32,000 nt of DNA from Trichlorobacter lovleyi SZ (GTDB taxonomy: Bacteria; Desulfobacterota; Desulfuromonadia; Geobacterales; Pseudopelobacteraceae): positions 360,001 to 392,000 of the forward strand of contig NC_010814.1 of the NCBI RefSeq assembly GCF_000020385.1, written 5' to 3'. Positions 1-8,686 of this stretch are shown here, piece by piece. The stretch's first letter is position 1. Every line of letters begins with the position of its first letter. The notes below the pieces were generated by a model that had not been told where the DNA came from, made no database searches, and saw only the letters and a list, made by a program, of their open reading frames with translations. A program made the position numbers and the translations under genes.

Positions 1-2
1 AG

Positions 3-563
3 AGTATTTACGGCACCGTGGGGCGCTTCTCGGTGGGCAACTACCATGATCAGGTCAAGGCCTATGCTGCCGAGCTGTCCAATGGTGTACAAGCTGCCAT
101 TGCCGAGGCGATCAAAAGCGGTACCCTGTCCGAGGCCGATCTGTTTGACCGCAACTATCAGCCCTATCCCAAGAAGACCGATCCTCCCAAGTTTACTACC
201 CGTTTTGACGGTTTCTTTGACCGGGTCGTCTCGCCCATGCAGGAGGCAATTGTCAACCGTGACAGCCAGCTGGCCTATGCCATCTGTTTTGACAACAACG
301 CCTACGTTCCCTGCCATAACCTGCGTTTCAGCAAGCCGTTGACCGGTAATATAGAACAGGACAGGGTCAATAATCGTACCAAACGGATTTTTGGGGATCA
401 TACCGGCATGCGTTGTGCAAAGAATACTGACGGAGTTCTGTTGCAGACCTACCGGCGTGACACCGGTGAAATCCTGAATGACCTTTCCGTGCCGATCTTC
501 ATCAACGGCAAGCACTGGGGTGGCATCCGCTTTGGCTATAAAGCCCCCTGCAGCCTGAAATAG
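3..563 (+). CDS. Signalling protein, 3' fragment (5' end upstream of window). Cache-like C-terminal sensory module of the kind found at the C-terminus of some methyl-accepting chemotaxis proteins.
   Basis: The frame of the 18..563 ORF stays open back to nt 3 (agt att tac ggc acc GTG...), so the gene is truncated by the window edge. The segment NRTKRIF...QTYRRDTGEILNDLSVPIFINGKHWGGIRFGY resembles the Cache core pattern (Y.D..TG..v.t.S.Pv...G...GV). No MCP signalling domain is visible in this window. Confidence 0.6.
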   Translation, partial: SIYGTVGRFSVGNYHDQVKAYAAELSNGVQAAIAEAIKSGTLSEADLFDRNYQPYPKKTDPPKFTTRFDGFFDRVVSPMQEAIVNRDSQLAYAICFDNNAYVPCHNLRFSKPLTGNIEQDRVNNRTKRIFGDHTGMRCAKNTDGVLLQTYRRDTGEILNDLSVPIFINGKHWGGIRFGYKAPCSLK

Positions 564-601
564 TTTTAACCAACCTGCTGGTTACGAAAAGGAGAGCCGA
601 C

Positions 602-1009
602 ATGGCGTTACTGTTGTGGGGACCGATGCTTGAAGTGGGGGTCAAGGAGATTGATACCCAGCACAGGAAACTGGTTGATCTGGCAAATGAACTGTCCGAC
701 GCCCAGATGGCCGGCAAGGCCAAGGATGTACTGGGCAAGACCCTGTCCGAACTGGTGCGGTATACCGTCACCCATTTTTCAACGGAAGAGCGTCTGATGG
801 ATCAGCACAAGTATCCGGCAGCGGTCGACCACAAACAGCAACACAAGGATCTGGTCAAGACCGTCTCTGATTTCAAGGCCAAATTTGACAAAGGTGATGC
901 TGCCCTGTCACAGGAGATCATGCACTTTTTGCGGGACTGGCTGACCAAACATATCATGAATACCGACAAGGCCTTTGCCCGTGACCTGATTCAAAAAGGG
1001 GTCAAGTAG
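602..1009 (+). CDS. Bacteriohemerythrin (hemerythrin-like di-iron protein), 135 aa
   Basis: Ligand-bearing motifs are present: EIDTQH, THFSTEE, HKQQHKDL, WLTKHIMNTD. AAGGAG SD lies at 589-594. Size is typical of single-domain bacteriohemerythrins. Confidence 0.9.
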   Translation: MALLLWGPMLEVGVKEIDTQHRKLVDLANELSDAQMAGKAKDVLGKTLSELVRYTVTHFSTEERLMDQHKYPAAVDHKQQHKDLVKTVSDFKAKFDKGDAALSQEIMHFLRDWLTKHIMNTDKAFARDLIQKGVK

Positions 1010-1024
1010 CCTTATTCCTCCTTA

Positions 1025-1056
1025 TGCCGGGCGGTTTCTCGGTGGCCGCCCCGGCA
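1025..1056 (+). terminator. GC-rich hairpin downstream of the hemerythrin gene, possible weak terminator
   Basis: tgccgggcgg (1025-1034) pairs with ccgccccggca (1046-1056) with one bulge and an 11-nt loop. No T-tract follows, so intrinsic-terminator status is uncertain. Confidence 0.3.
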
Positions 1057-1062
1057 GCATAG

Positions 1063-1078
1063 ATGAAGATATCTTCAT
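1063..1078. promoter_or_regulatory. Perfect 16-bp palindrome ATGAAGAT/ATCTTCAT upstream of the hybrid kinase gene, candidate operator
   Basis: Read directly: atgaagat (1063-1070) is the reverse complement of atcttcat (1071-1078). It abuts a TATAGT -10-like hexamer at 1079-1084. It lies 51 nt upstream of the ATG at 1129. Confidence 0.3.
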
Positions 1079-1128
1079 TATAGTTGATTTCCTTGCATTT
1101 CAGTCTGGTTGGGCTAAACTGATCCTCC

Positions 1129-4100
1129 ATGGTTGATCATCACCTCACCACGACTTCTCGTACAGCCATCCTCTGGGCCCTGGCAGCAGGCTGCTGCGGC
1201 CTGCTGCTGAACCGTTTTCTGCCGATTGAATTGTACTATCATCTCTCCCTGCTGCTGGGATCGCTGCTGCCGCTGGTGGTACTGGGGCTGCTGGGCGGGC
1301 GTTTCGGTATTCCGGCCGGTGTGGTTGCGGCCTCCGGAACCCTGCTGATCTGGCTGCAGCCGATTCCGTTTCTGGTGCTCTCGCTGGAAATAGTGCTGGT
1401 TGCCCTGCTGGTCCGGCGCGGGATGCGCCTGACCCAGGCGGTGATGCTTTACTGGCTGGTGGTCGGCATGCCGTTGATACTGCTTGCCTACCTGTTTCTG
1501 CTGGATATCAGTGCGCAGGCCGCCCTGGTCTTTGCACTCAAGTTTGGCCTGAACGGTGCCTTTAATGCCCAGATCGCCGCACTGATAATAGTTGCGATCC
1601 ACTACTGGCGTTTCAGAAAGAGCGGGGCGCAGGAACACCGGATTTCCTTTGTAGAGGCATTGACCCTGTTGGTGACTGCTGCGGTCTACATCCCGCCGAT
1701 GATCATGCTGTTGGTCGGTTTGCGCGGCGCCCAGCAACAGCATCTGGCAACGATGCACAGCACTGTGTCACAGGTGACCGACGCGACACAGGCCTTGCTG
1801 GGAGATTGGCTGCAACGACGGCTTGACTCGGTTAATGCCGTGGCAAAAGAGGTGGCCGTACCCCTCGGCGCCTCACCGGAGACCAGGCGGCTGATGTCCT
1901 TGATTAAACAGAGCGATCCGGTGTTGCTGCGGCTGGGGCTGTCTGATCAGCAGGGCAAGGAACTCCTGCACCTGACAAGTGATGTCATCCACGGCAGTGT
2001 AAAAAACATGCCGGCTGACCGCTCCCAGATACGTGAGCCGCTCAAGAACGGCATGCCCTATCTGGGGACCGCGGTGCCGCTGGAAGGCTTGCTTGGAGCG
2101 GGTGAGACGGTTGCCACCATCGGCCAGCCGGTCATTCGCGGCGGACGGGTGGTCGGGGTTGTTACGGCGTTGATACCGGTGATACGGCTGCAGGAACGCT
2201 GTGATTTCGTGGTCTCCCGCCGGAATGTGCGGCTGAGTGTGCTTGACGGGAGCGGCACCCCACTGGCCATGTCGAGCGGCAGCGCAGCGAACAAGCTGGC
2301 GCCCGGACTGCATGCCGTGCATCCCCCCAAACGCCCCGGTGTCCCCTGGCTTGCGCTGATGTCGCAGGCCTACCTGGCCAACCGGATCCCGTTGAATGCG
2401 GTTCAACAGTGGGATCTGGTGGTTGAAGTACCGTACCGTCCCGGGCTGGAGGAGATCAACAGGCGCGCCATCAGGGAGATGAGTATGATCCTGGCCTTGA
2501 TGCTGCTGGTCTGTATGGCCTCGCGGATTGCCACCAAGGCGCTTTCCCTGACCGCCTTCAGATTACGCCAGGTGACGGAACAACTCTCCTGGCAGATCAG
2601 CCGGGGTACCATGCCGGTCTGGCCGGCTCCCACGTTTTTGCGTGAAATTGATGCCCTGAGCAATAACGTCAAGGAAATGGCCGAGAGTCTCGGTCAGACC
2701 TTTTTTGAATTGAAGACCGTCAACGAACAGCTTGAGAAGCGTATCGAGGAGCGGACAAAGGAATTGGCTGATGCAAAACAGGCGGCTGAGGCTGCCAATG
2801 AGGCCAAAAGCCGTTTTCTGGCGGTCATGAGTCACGAAATACGCACCCCGATGAACGGTATCATGGGGATCAACAACCTGCTGAAGCAGTCACAACTTAC
2901 CCCTGATCAGCGGGAACTGCTGGGTTATGCTTCGGATTCTGCCGATGCCCTGCTGCTGATTATTAACGATATCCTTGACTTTTCCAAAATTGAGGCCAAC
3001 AAGCTTGAGCTGTGTCCATCGGTATTCCGGCTTGGCCGGCTGATGGAGTCACTCTGCAACATGTACCAGTTGGTTGCGGACAAAAAAGGGCTGAGGCTGG
3101 TCTGTGACTATGACCGTGAACTGCCTGAGCTGGTGACCGGTGATCAGGACCGGCTGCGCCAGGTGCTGACCAATCTGCTGAATAATGCGATAAAATTCAC
3201 CCGGCAGGGCGAGGTGCGCCTGTGGGTACACCGGCTTTCTTCAAGCTCTGCTGACGGCATGTTGCGGATCGCCTTCCAGGTGACGGACAGCGGTATCGGC
3301 ATCGCTCCTGAAAAACAGGAGCGGATCTTTGATATGTTCAGTCAGGCGGACAGCTCGACTACCCGTGAGTTTGGTGGCACCGGTCTGGGGCTGGCAATCT
3401 GTAAAAGTCTGGTCGGCTTGATGGGAGGAACCATACAGGTGACCTCGACGCCCGGTGTAGGCTCCACCTTCCGTGTCGAACTGCCGTTTAGCCCGGCTGC
3501 AGGACTGGCGGAAGCTGAAGGCGAAGGAGGTCAGATCGGGCGCCGGATGCCTGCCGTACGGATCCTGCTGGCAGAAGATCAGGCAATCAACCGTCTGGTG
3601 CTGAGTCGCTTGCTGAACGATCTGGGGCATCAGGTCGTGGCGGTTGAAAATGGCCGCAGACTACTTGAAGAACTGGCCCAAGGGGGCTATGATCTGGTCA
3701 TAACGGACGTTTCCATGCCTGAGCTGGATGGTTTTCAGGCGGTCAGGGCCATCCGCAGCAGGCAGCTGCCGGGCATTGATTCAGCTATTCCCGTGCTGGC
3801 CATGACCGCCCATGCGTTGGGTGAAGACCGTGAACGCTGTCTGGAGAGTGGTATGGACGGCTATCTCTCCAAACCGGTTGATATTGAAAAGCTGGTGGCG
3901 GCGTTACAGCAACTGCTACCGGAGCATTGCAGGGAAGGGGGCGGGATGACCATGACTGATAGCGCTGGAGTGTCGCAGGAACAGGTGGCGGAAGATCCGC
4001 TCGACCGTGAGTATCATCACAAGAACTATCTGGCGCTGGGATGCGGAGACGTGCTGCTGGATGTCTTCCGGATTTACCTGGAGAGTGCCCCGTTGAAGGT

Positions 4101-4335
4101 TGAACAGCTCCGGACCCTTTTGAAAACCGGTGATCTGGAGCAGATTGTCAGCCTGGCCCACGGACTCAAAGGGGAATCAGGATCCGTGGGAGGCCGGTTT
4201 ATCATGGCTGCCGCAGCTGCCATGGAAAAGGCCGCCCGTGCCGGTGATCTTGAAGAGGCAAACAGGTTGCTGCCTGAGTTGGAACAACAGTTACAGCGGG
4301 TTGTGGCGGCAATTCAGCAGGAGCTTAAGGCGTGA
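1129..4335 (+). CDS. Hybrid sensor histidine kinase/response regulator with Hpt domain. Order: multi-pass membrane N-terminus, extracytoplasmic domain, HisKA, HATPase_c, REC, Hpt. 1068 aa.
   Basis: H-box is [12 protein letters not shown]-box [11 protein letters not shown]1 VTDSGIGI, G2 GGTGLGLAI. Receiver has LLAEDQ...[14 protein letters not shown]...SKP. Hpt has [11 protein letters not shown]. An in-frame TGA lies just upstream of the ATG. Confidence 0.92.
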   Translation: MVDHHLTTTSRTAILWALAAGCCGLLLNRFLPIELYYHLSLLLGSLLPLVVLGLLGGRFGIPAGVVAASGTLLIWLQPIPFLVLSLEIVLVALLVRRGMRLTQAVMLYWLVVGMPLILLAYLFLLDISAQAALVFALKFGLNGAFNAQIAALIIVAIHYWRFRKSGAQEHRISFVEALTLLVTAAVYIPPMIMLLVGLRGAQQQHLATMHSTVSQVTDATQALLGDWLQRRLDSVNAVAKEVAVPLGASPETRRLMSLIKQSDPVLLRLGLSDQQGKELLHLTSDVIHGSVKNMPADRSQIREPLKNGMPYLGTAVPLEGLLGAGETVATIGQPVIRGGRVVGVVTALIPVIRLQERCDFVVSRRNVRLSVLDGSGTPLAMSSGSAANKLAPGLHAVHPPKRPGVPWLALMSQAYLANRIPLNAVQQWDLVVEVPYRPGLEEINRRAIREMSMILALMLLVCMASRIATKALSLTAFRLRQVTEQLSWQISRGTMPVWPAPTFLREIDALSNNVKEMAESLGQTFFELKTVNEQLEKRIEERTKELADAKQAAEAANEAKSRFLAVMSHEIRTPMNGIMGINNLLKQSQLTPDQRELLGYASDSADALLLIINDILDFSKIEANKLELCPSVFRLGRLMESLCNMYQLVADKKGLRLVCDYDRELPELVTGDQDRLRQVLTNLLNNAIKFTRQGEVRLWVHRLSSSSADGMLRIAFQVTDSGIGIAPEKQERIFDMFSQADSSTTREFGGTGLGLAICKSLVGLMGGTIQVTSTPGVGSTFRVELPFSPAAGLAEAEGEGGQIGRRMPAVRILLAEDQAINRLVLSRLLNDLGHQVVAVENGRRLLEELAQGGYDLVITDVSMPELDGFQAVRAIRSRQLPGIDSAIPVLAMTAHALGEDRERCLESGMDGYLSKPVDIEKLVAALQQLLPEHCREGGGMTMTDSAGVSQEQVAEDPLDREYHHKNYLALGCGDVLLDVFRIYLESAPLKVEQLRTLLKTGDLEQIVSLAHGLKGESGSVGGRFIMAAAAAMEKAARAGDLEEANRLLPELEQQLQRVVAAIQQELKA

Positions 4336-5855
4336 AAAAGAAATCACAGGGGCAGGGATCAACCGGCAGCAGCCAGGAAAAACCGCTTGCTATTCTGTTT
4401 GCCGCTTCGGAGGCCGCACCCTATGCCAAGACCGGTGGCCTGGGGGAGGTGGTGGGTGATCTGCCGCGTTACCTGCACGCCATGGGCCATGATGTCCGGG
4501 TGGTGCTGCCCCGTTATTACAGTATTGATCCTGACCGCTACGGTCTGAAACTGCTGCCCGGTACCCTGGTGGTACCGATGGGGATCATCGGCGAGATGTA
4601 CTGCGGGGTCTGGGAGGGCCGCCTGCCCAAGAGCGAGGTGCCGGTCTACTTTCTGGAACATCAGGGACTCTACGGTCGTGATGGCATCTATGGTGTGGAC
4701 AATGTCGGGTTCATGGACAACGACAACCGTTATGTCTTCCTTTCCCGCGCTGCCCTGGAACTGCCCAAGTTTCTCTGCTGGCAGCCGGATATCCTGCATG
4801 CCCATGACTGGCATACCGCTGCCGTGCCGGTCTTCCTCAATACCAGCTACCGCAACGATCCGTTGGTGGGTAATGCCGCCTCAATCCTGACCATCCACAA
4901 TATGCAATATCAGGGCAACTTCTATCCCGGTCTGATGGAGGTGCTGGATATCGGCTGGGAGTATTTCACCTTTCTGGGGCTGGAAAAGGATGATCAGGTC
5001 AACCTGCTGAAAGGGGGCATCTACCACGCCACCCTGCTGAACACGGTCAGCCGGGGCTATGCCCGCGAGATCCAGACCCCGCTCTACGGCTGGGGGCTGG
5101 AAGGGGTACTGCAGGAGCGGACTGCCGACCTGTACGGCATCCTGAACGGCGTGGATTATGACGAATGGAACCCGGCAACTGATCAGTACCTGCCTGCCAC
5201 CTACACGGCAGATGACCTGTCCGGCAAGCTGGCCTGCAAGCGGGCCCTGCAGCGGCGTTTCGGCCTGCCCGAGATTGATGTCCCCCTGTTCGGGATTGTC
5301 TCGCGGATGGTGCCCCAGAAAGGGACCGACCTGCTGGCCGAGGCGATCCACAATATGATCAGGCTGGATCTGCAGGTGGTGGTGGTGGGTAATGGTGAAC
5401 CGTGGGCCCATTTTTTCTTTGGCGGCATGGCCCATCGTCATCCGGACAAGGTCGGCTGTTACATCGGTTATGACAACGCCCTGGCCCACCTGGTGGAGGC
5501 CGGTTCCGACTTCTTTCTGATGCCGTCGGCCTTTGAACCGTGCGGCCTGAATCAGATGTACTCGCTGGCTTACGGTACTCCGCCGGTGGTGCGTGCCACC
5601 GGCGGTCTGGATGACAGTGTTGAGAACTTTGACGAATCCGCCCTGACCGGCGATGGTTTCAAGTTCTGGACCAGGAGCGCTGCCGCTCTGTACGATACGG
5701 TCGGCTGGGCCACCTGGACCTTCTACAACAATCCTCAAGGCCTGGCTGCGCTGCGCAAAAACGGCATGGCCAAGCGCTTTACCTGGGAGGAGTCTGCTTG
5801 CAAGTATGACGCCCTGTACCGGGAGGCGTTACGGAGAAGACGCGGTGCAGAGTAG
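4332..5855 (+). CDS. glgA: Glycogen (starch) synthase, GT5
   Basis: N-terminal [18 protein letters not shown] signature and C-terminal [33 protein letters not shown]. The GTG start overlaps the kinase TGA stop (GTGA). Confidence 0.93.
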   Translation: MKKKSQGQGSTGSSQEKPLAILFAASEAAPYAKTGGLGEVVGDLPRYLHAMGHDVRVVLPRYYSIDPDRYGLKLLPGTLVVPMGIIGEMYCGVWEGRLPKSEVPVYFLEHQGLYGRDGIYGVDNVGFMDNDNRYVFLSRAALELPKFLCWQPDILHAHDWHTAAVPVFLNTSYRNDPLVGNAASILTIHNMQYQGNFYPGLMEVLDIGWEYFTFLGLEKDDQVNLLKGGIYHATLLNTVSRGYAREIQTPLYGWGLEGVLQERTADLYGILNGVDYDEWNPATDQYLPATYTADDLSGKLACKRALQRRFGLPEIDVPLFGIVSRMVPQKGTDLLAEAIHNMIRLDLQVVVVGNGEPWAHFFFGGMAHRHPDKVGCYIGYDNALAHLVEAGSDFFLMPSAFEPCGLNQMYSLAYGTPPVVRATGGLDDSVENFDESALTGDGFKFWTRSAAALYDTVGWATWTFYNNPQGLAALRKNGMAKRFTWEESACKYDALYREALRRRRGAE

Positions 5856-7815
5856 TCTGTTTCAGTGTTGGGCCATCACCTTCACCTGTCTGGCTGTCTT
5901 TGGGGGCTCATCAGCGCTGGCCCAGGAACCGATTGCCGCCTACCCGATCCTGCCGACCGGCTACCATTCCATCAAGGTCTTTGACAGCCAGAGCCGTTTT
6001 GTCGGCCGGCTGCTGCCTGAAAAACGCTACTGGGTCAGCATTGACCGGATTCCCCTCTTTCTGCAAAAGGCGATTGTTGCGGTTGAGGATGCCCGCTTTT
6101 ATGAACATGGCGGCGTTGATCTACGCGGTATCGCCCGGGCTGCCGTCAAAAACGTGGTCAGGGGGCGACTGGCTGAAGGCGGTTCCACCATCACTCAGCA
6201 GTTGATCAAGAATAAATATCTCAGCAGCGAAAAGACCCTTGATCGCAAGGTCAACGAAGGGCTGATGGCGCTTGAGTTTGAAAAGAAGTACACCAAGAAG
6301 CAGATCCTGGAGATGTACCTGAACGAGATCTACTATGGCAATGGCGCCTGGGGCATTGCCCAGGCTGCCCGGATCTATTTTGACAAGAGTCCTGAAGAAC
6401 TGACCGATATTGAGTGTTCATTCCTGGCCGGCATTCCCAAAAACCCCGGCCGCTACAACCCGCTGGGCAAACCTGCCGATGTGGCCAGACGGCGTTCGAT
6501 TGTGCTGCAAAGGATGGTTGATGTGGGGGTGCTGTCCAGCAGCCAGCTGCGCCAGCAGATCAGCCACACGGCGGCACCGGTTCCACCCAATCGCGCCCCC
6601 TGGTATCTGGGGCTGGTACAGTCAAAGCTGGTTGAACGTTATGGTCCGGCGGTTTTTGAGCAGGGTGGGCTTGAGGTCACCACAGCCATGGACCTGGGGC
6701 TGCAGCTCAAGGCAGAGCAGATTGTGCATGACAGTGTGGTCAAGCTGTCCCCCCAGCTACAGGGGGCGTTGGTTGCACTGGAACCGGCTACCGGAAACCT
6801 GCTGGCAGCTGTTGGCGGCACCAGCTATGTGAAGGGTGGTTTTAACCGGGCATTGCAGGCCAAACGTCAACCCGGTTCGGCCATCAAGCCGTTGATCTAT
6901 GCGGCCGCCCTGGAACAGGGGGTGACCGCAGCAAGCCTCTGGAATGATGCGGCAGTCAGCTACCCGCAAGGTAACGGTGAAAACTGGACCCCCCGCAATT
7001 ATGACGGCAAGGCCCATGGCACCATGACCCTGCGCCAGGCCTTGGCAAGCTCAAACAACGTGATTGCGGTCAAACTGCTGGAGACCATCGGTATCCCAGC
7101 CTTTACGGAGCTTGCTGCGAAAAACGGACTGGCCCTGCATGGCAACAATCTTTCACTGGCACTGGGTACCGAAGAGGTTACCCTCCATGATCTGGTACTG
7201 GCCTACGCACCGTTTGCAACCGGCGGTGTGCGTACCGAACCGCGCTCCATCCTGCGGATCTACGAGACCTACCGCAAAAACTGGTTTGAAAACACAACCG
7301 GCAGCAGTCAGGCCCTCTCACCGGCCAACGCCTTCATTACCACCAGCATGCTTAAGGATGTCTTGACCAGCGGCACTGCCAAAGGGCTGAAAACGTTCAG
7401 CCAGAAATACCCGGCAGCCGGCAAGACCGGCACCACCAACGACTACCACGATGCCTGGTTTGTCGGTTATACCCCCCATCTGGTGACAGGTGTCTGGGTC
7501 GGCCATGACCAGCCAAGGTCCGGCGGCAAAGGTTTTACCGGAGGGGCCGTGGCTGCTCCGATCTGGGAACGGTTCATGCGGCAGGCCCTGGCCGGTAAGC
7601 CAGCGGATGATTTTACACGGCCTGATTCGGTCGTGTCGGTCAGCGTTGACCCTGTCAACGCCTTACTGGCGACACCGGCCTGCCCTGCCAAGCGGGAGGA
7701 ATTTTTTGTCAGCGGTACCGAGCCGGATGACTACTGTCCCATGCATGGCGGTGAACCTGCCGCCGCTCCGGCAGCCACACCACCAGCGCCTCCAGCCCCT
7801 GCCTCCATACCCTAA
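5845..7815 (+). CDS. Class A penicillin-binding protein (PBP1A family, bifunctional transglycosylase/transpeptidase)
   Basis: GT51 motifs EDARFYEHGGVD, GGSTITQQL, RKVNE. Transpeptidase motifs SAIKP (SxxK), SSN (SxN), KTGTT (KTG). The start is uncertain. I chose GTG 5845 (GGAG at 5833-5836, 8-nt spacer, hydrophobic anchor follows). ATG 5806 is the alternative. The track start at 5653 would overlap glgA by about 200 nt. Confidence 0.88.
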   Translation: MQSSLFQCWAITFTCLAVFGGSSALAQEPIAAYPILPTGYHSIKVFDSQSRFVGRLLPEKRYWVSIDRIPLFLQKAIVAVEDARFYEHGGVDLRGIARAAVKNVVRGRLAEGGSTITQQLIKNKYLSSEKTLDRKVNEGLMALEFEKKYTKKQILEMYLNEIYYGNGAWGIAQAARIYFDKSPEELTDIECSFLAGIPKNPGRYNPLGKPADVARRRSIVLQRMVDVGVLSSSQLRQQISHTAAPVPPNRAPWYLGLVQSKLVERYGPAVFEQGGLEVTTAMDLGLQLKAEQIVHDSVVKLSPQLQGALVALEPATGNLLAAVGGTSYVKGGFNRALQAKRQPGSAIKPLIYAAALEQGVTAASLWNDAAVSYPQGNGENWTPRNYDGKAHGTMTLRQALASSNNVIAVKLLETIGIPAFTELAAKNGLALHGNNLSLALGTEEVTLHDLVLAYAPFATGGVRTEPRSILRIYETYRKNWFENTTGSSQALSPANAFITTSMLKDVLTSGTAKGLKTFSQKYPAAGKTGTTNDYHDAWFVGYTPHLVTGVWVGHDQPRSGGKGFTGGAVAAPIWERFMRQALAGKPADDFTRPDSVVSVSVDPVNALLATPACPAKREEFFVSGTEPDDYCPMHGGEPAAAPAATPPAPPAPASIP

Positions 7816-7962
7816 CGGTTTGGGGCGGGGTACGCCGTCTCAAGCTACTTAACATAACTTTACCTATCCCCCCTGTCTTTTAACCCGGATATCCCCTCAT
7901 AAAGAGTAGAGTTTCTCCTGCTATGAAGCTGCATGAAACATGCACTCGCAAAGGAGATGAGC

Positions 7963-8256
7963 ATGCCCCTGTCCCAAAGAAAGAATCTTGTCCTATGCTG
8001 TTTGATGACTGCCATGCTGCCAATGCTGACCTGGGCCGGCAACGACAGACCGCCGCGTGGTGAGCGCAGAAGACCGCCCCAGGCGGCCTTTGATGCCTGC
8101 AAGGGAAAAACAGAAGGGGCAAGCATCACCATTGCAACCCCCCATGGCAGCTTCAAGGCTATCTGCAGAAACTTTGAGGGTACACTGGCGGCCGTTCCTG
8201 AAGGGGCTCCGCCATCACCGCCGACAGACGGTAGCGTGCCAACGCAGGGCCGCTAG
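7963..8256 (+). CDS. Small secreted hypothetical protein (about 97 aa, predicted signal peptide, two Cys, Pro/Arg-rich)
   Basis: AAGGAG at 7951-7956 lies 6 nt before ATG 7963. The N-terminus MPLSQRKNLVLCCLMTAMLPMLTWA|G looks like a Sec signal peptide. Third-codon positions are G/C-biased. No recognisable domain. Confidence 0.5.
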   Translation: MPLSQRKNLVLCCLMTAMLPMLTWAGNDRPPRGERRRPPQAAFDACKGKTEGASITIATPHGSFKAICRNFEGTLAAVPEGAPPSPPTDGSVPTQGR

Positions 8257-8270
8257 GGAGCAACAGCGCT

Positions 8271-8519
8271 ATGGCCAGTTATGAACAGACCTTTCTGGAG
8301 CAGATCACCCACCTCCATGGCCAGGATTTTTCCAGCTGGCAGGGCTGGCAGCTACTGATGGACTGGGTCAAACGCCAGCCCTGGAGGCTGGAATTTTTTG
8401 GAGGGGCAAAGATCCCGGCCCGTATGCTGCACCCGCCCACACTGGTGATGGAGTTGACCAGATTTCTTGAAGGAGCACCGGTAGTACCGGAAGAAAGCAG
8501 CCCGGATGTCCGGACGTAA
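8271..8519 (+). CDS. Hypothetical protein, 82 aa, Trp-rich
   Basis: The ATG lies 15 nt after the preceding stop, with GGGAG upstream. Amino-acid composition is balanced and third positions are G/C-rich. No recognisable motif. Confidence 0.4.
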   Translation: MASYEQTFLEQITHLHGQDFSSWQGWQLLMDWVKRQPWRLEFFGGAKIPARMLHPPTLVMELTRFLEGAPVVPEESSPDVRT

Positions 8520-8618
8520 ACTGTTGCTGAGCAGTGCCATGTAACTGCGCCCACCCCTCTGCTTATGCACCCGGTTCCTGTAGCTATGTAAAGAATTGTT
8601 CGGCATCTCCCAAAGAGG

Positions 8619-8668
8619 TTGACAGTTTCAAACAACTATTTCAAATTTATATTTGAAATAGTTGTTTG
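8619..8668 (+). promoter_or_regulatory. Promoter/operator of the tetR-macAB-OMF operon: TTGACA -35-like box followed by a perfect 18+18 bp inverted repeat
   Basis: TTGACA at 8619-8624. CAAACAACTATTTCAAAT (8629-8646), 4-nt spacer, ATTTGAAATAGTTGTTTG (8651-8668) are exact reverse complements. The repeat ends 18 nt before the ATG of the TetR gene. Confidence 0.6.
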
Positions 8669-8686
8669 CTTGTTGGGGGGGCTGCC

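Noticed and set aside
363-497. PilZ-like pattern (RVNNR ... DLSVPI) in the C-terminal module of the first gene
   Set aside because: The second motif lacks the conserved Gly (DxSxxG). The surrounding pattern (Y.RDTGE...S.PI...G.HWGG) fits a Cache-type fold better.
1084-1098. TTGCAT, matching the sigma54 -12 box, upstream of the hybrid kinase
   Set aside because: The near-invariant GG at -24 is missing (GT at the required position).
4881-5738. 285-aa minus-strand ORF inside glgA. Similar long antisense ORFs lie at 1114..1758, 12635..13333, 14712..15335, 26143..26865 and 29306..29956.
   Set aside because: Each lies fully inside a + strand gene with unambiguous family motifs. Their products are low-complexity (R/G/P/Q-rich) and lack SD sequences. 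I treat them as antisense shadows.
5653-5844. N-terminal extension of the PBP ORF as given in the track
   Set aside because: It would overlap glgA by about 200 nt. The extension is Pro/Ala/Gly/Ser/Arg-rich and does not resemble a PBP N-terminus. A GTG with a good SD at 5845 (or ATG 5806) directly precedes the hydrophobic membrane anchor.
8279-8635. 118-aa minus-strand ORF divergent from tetR, starting inside the operator palindrome
   Set aside because: A divergent target gene would be classic for TetR regulators. However, the product is S/G/C/R/W-rich with no motif and no SD. It is antisense to the better-looking 82-aa + strand ORF.
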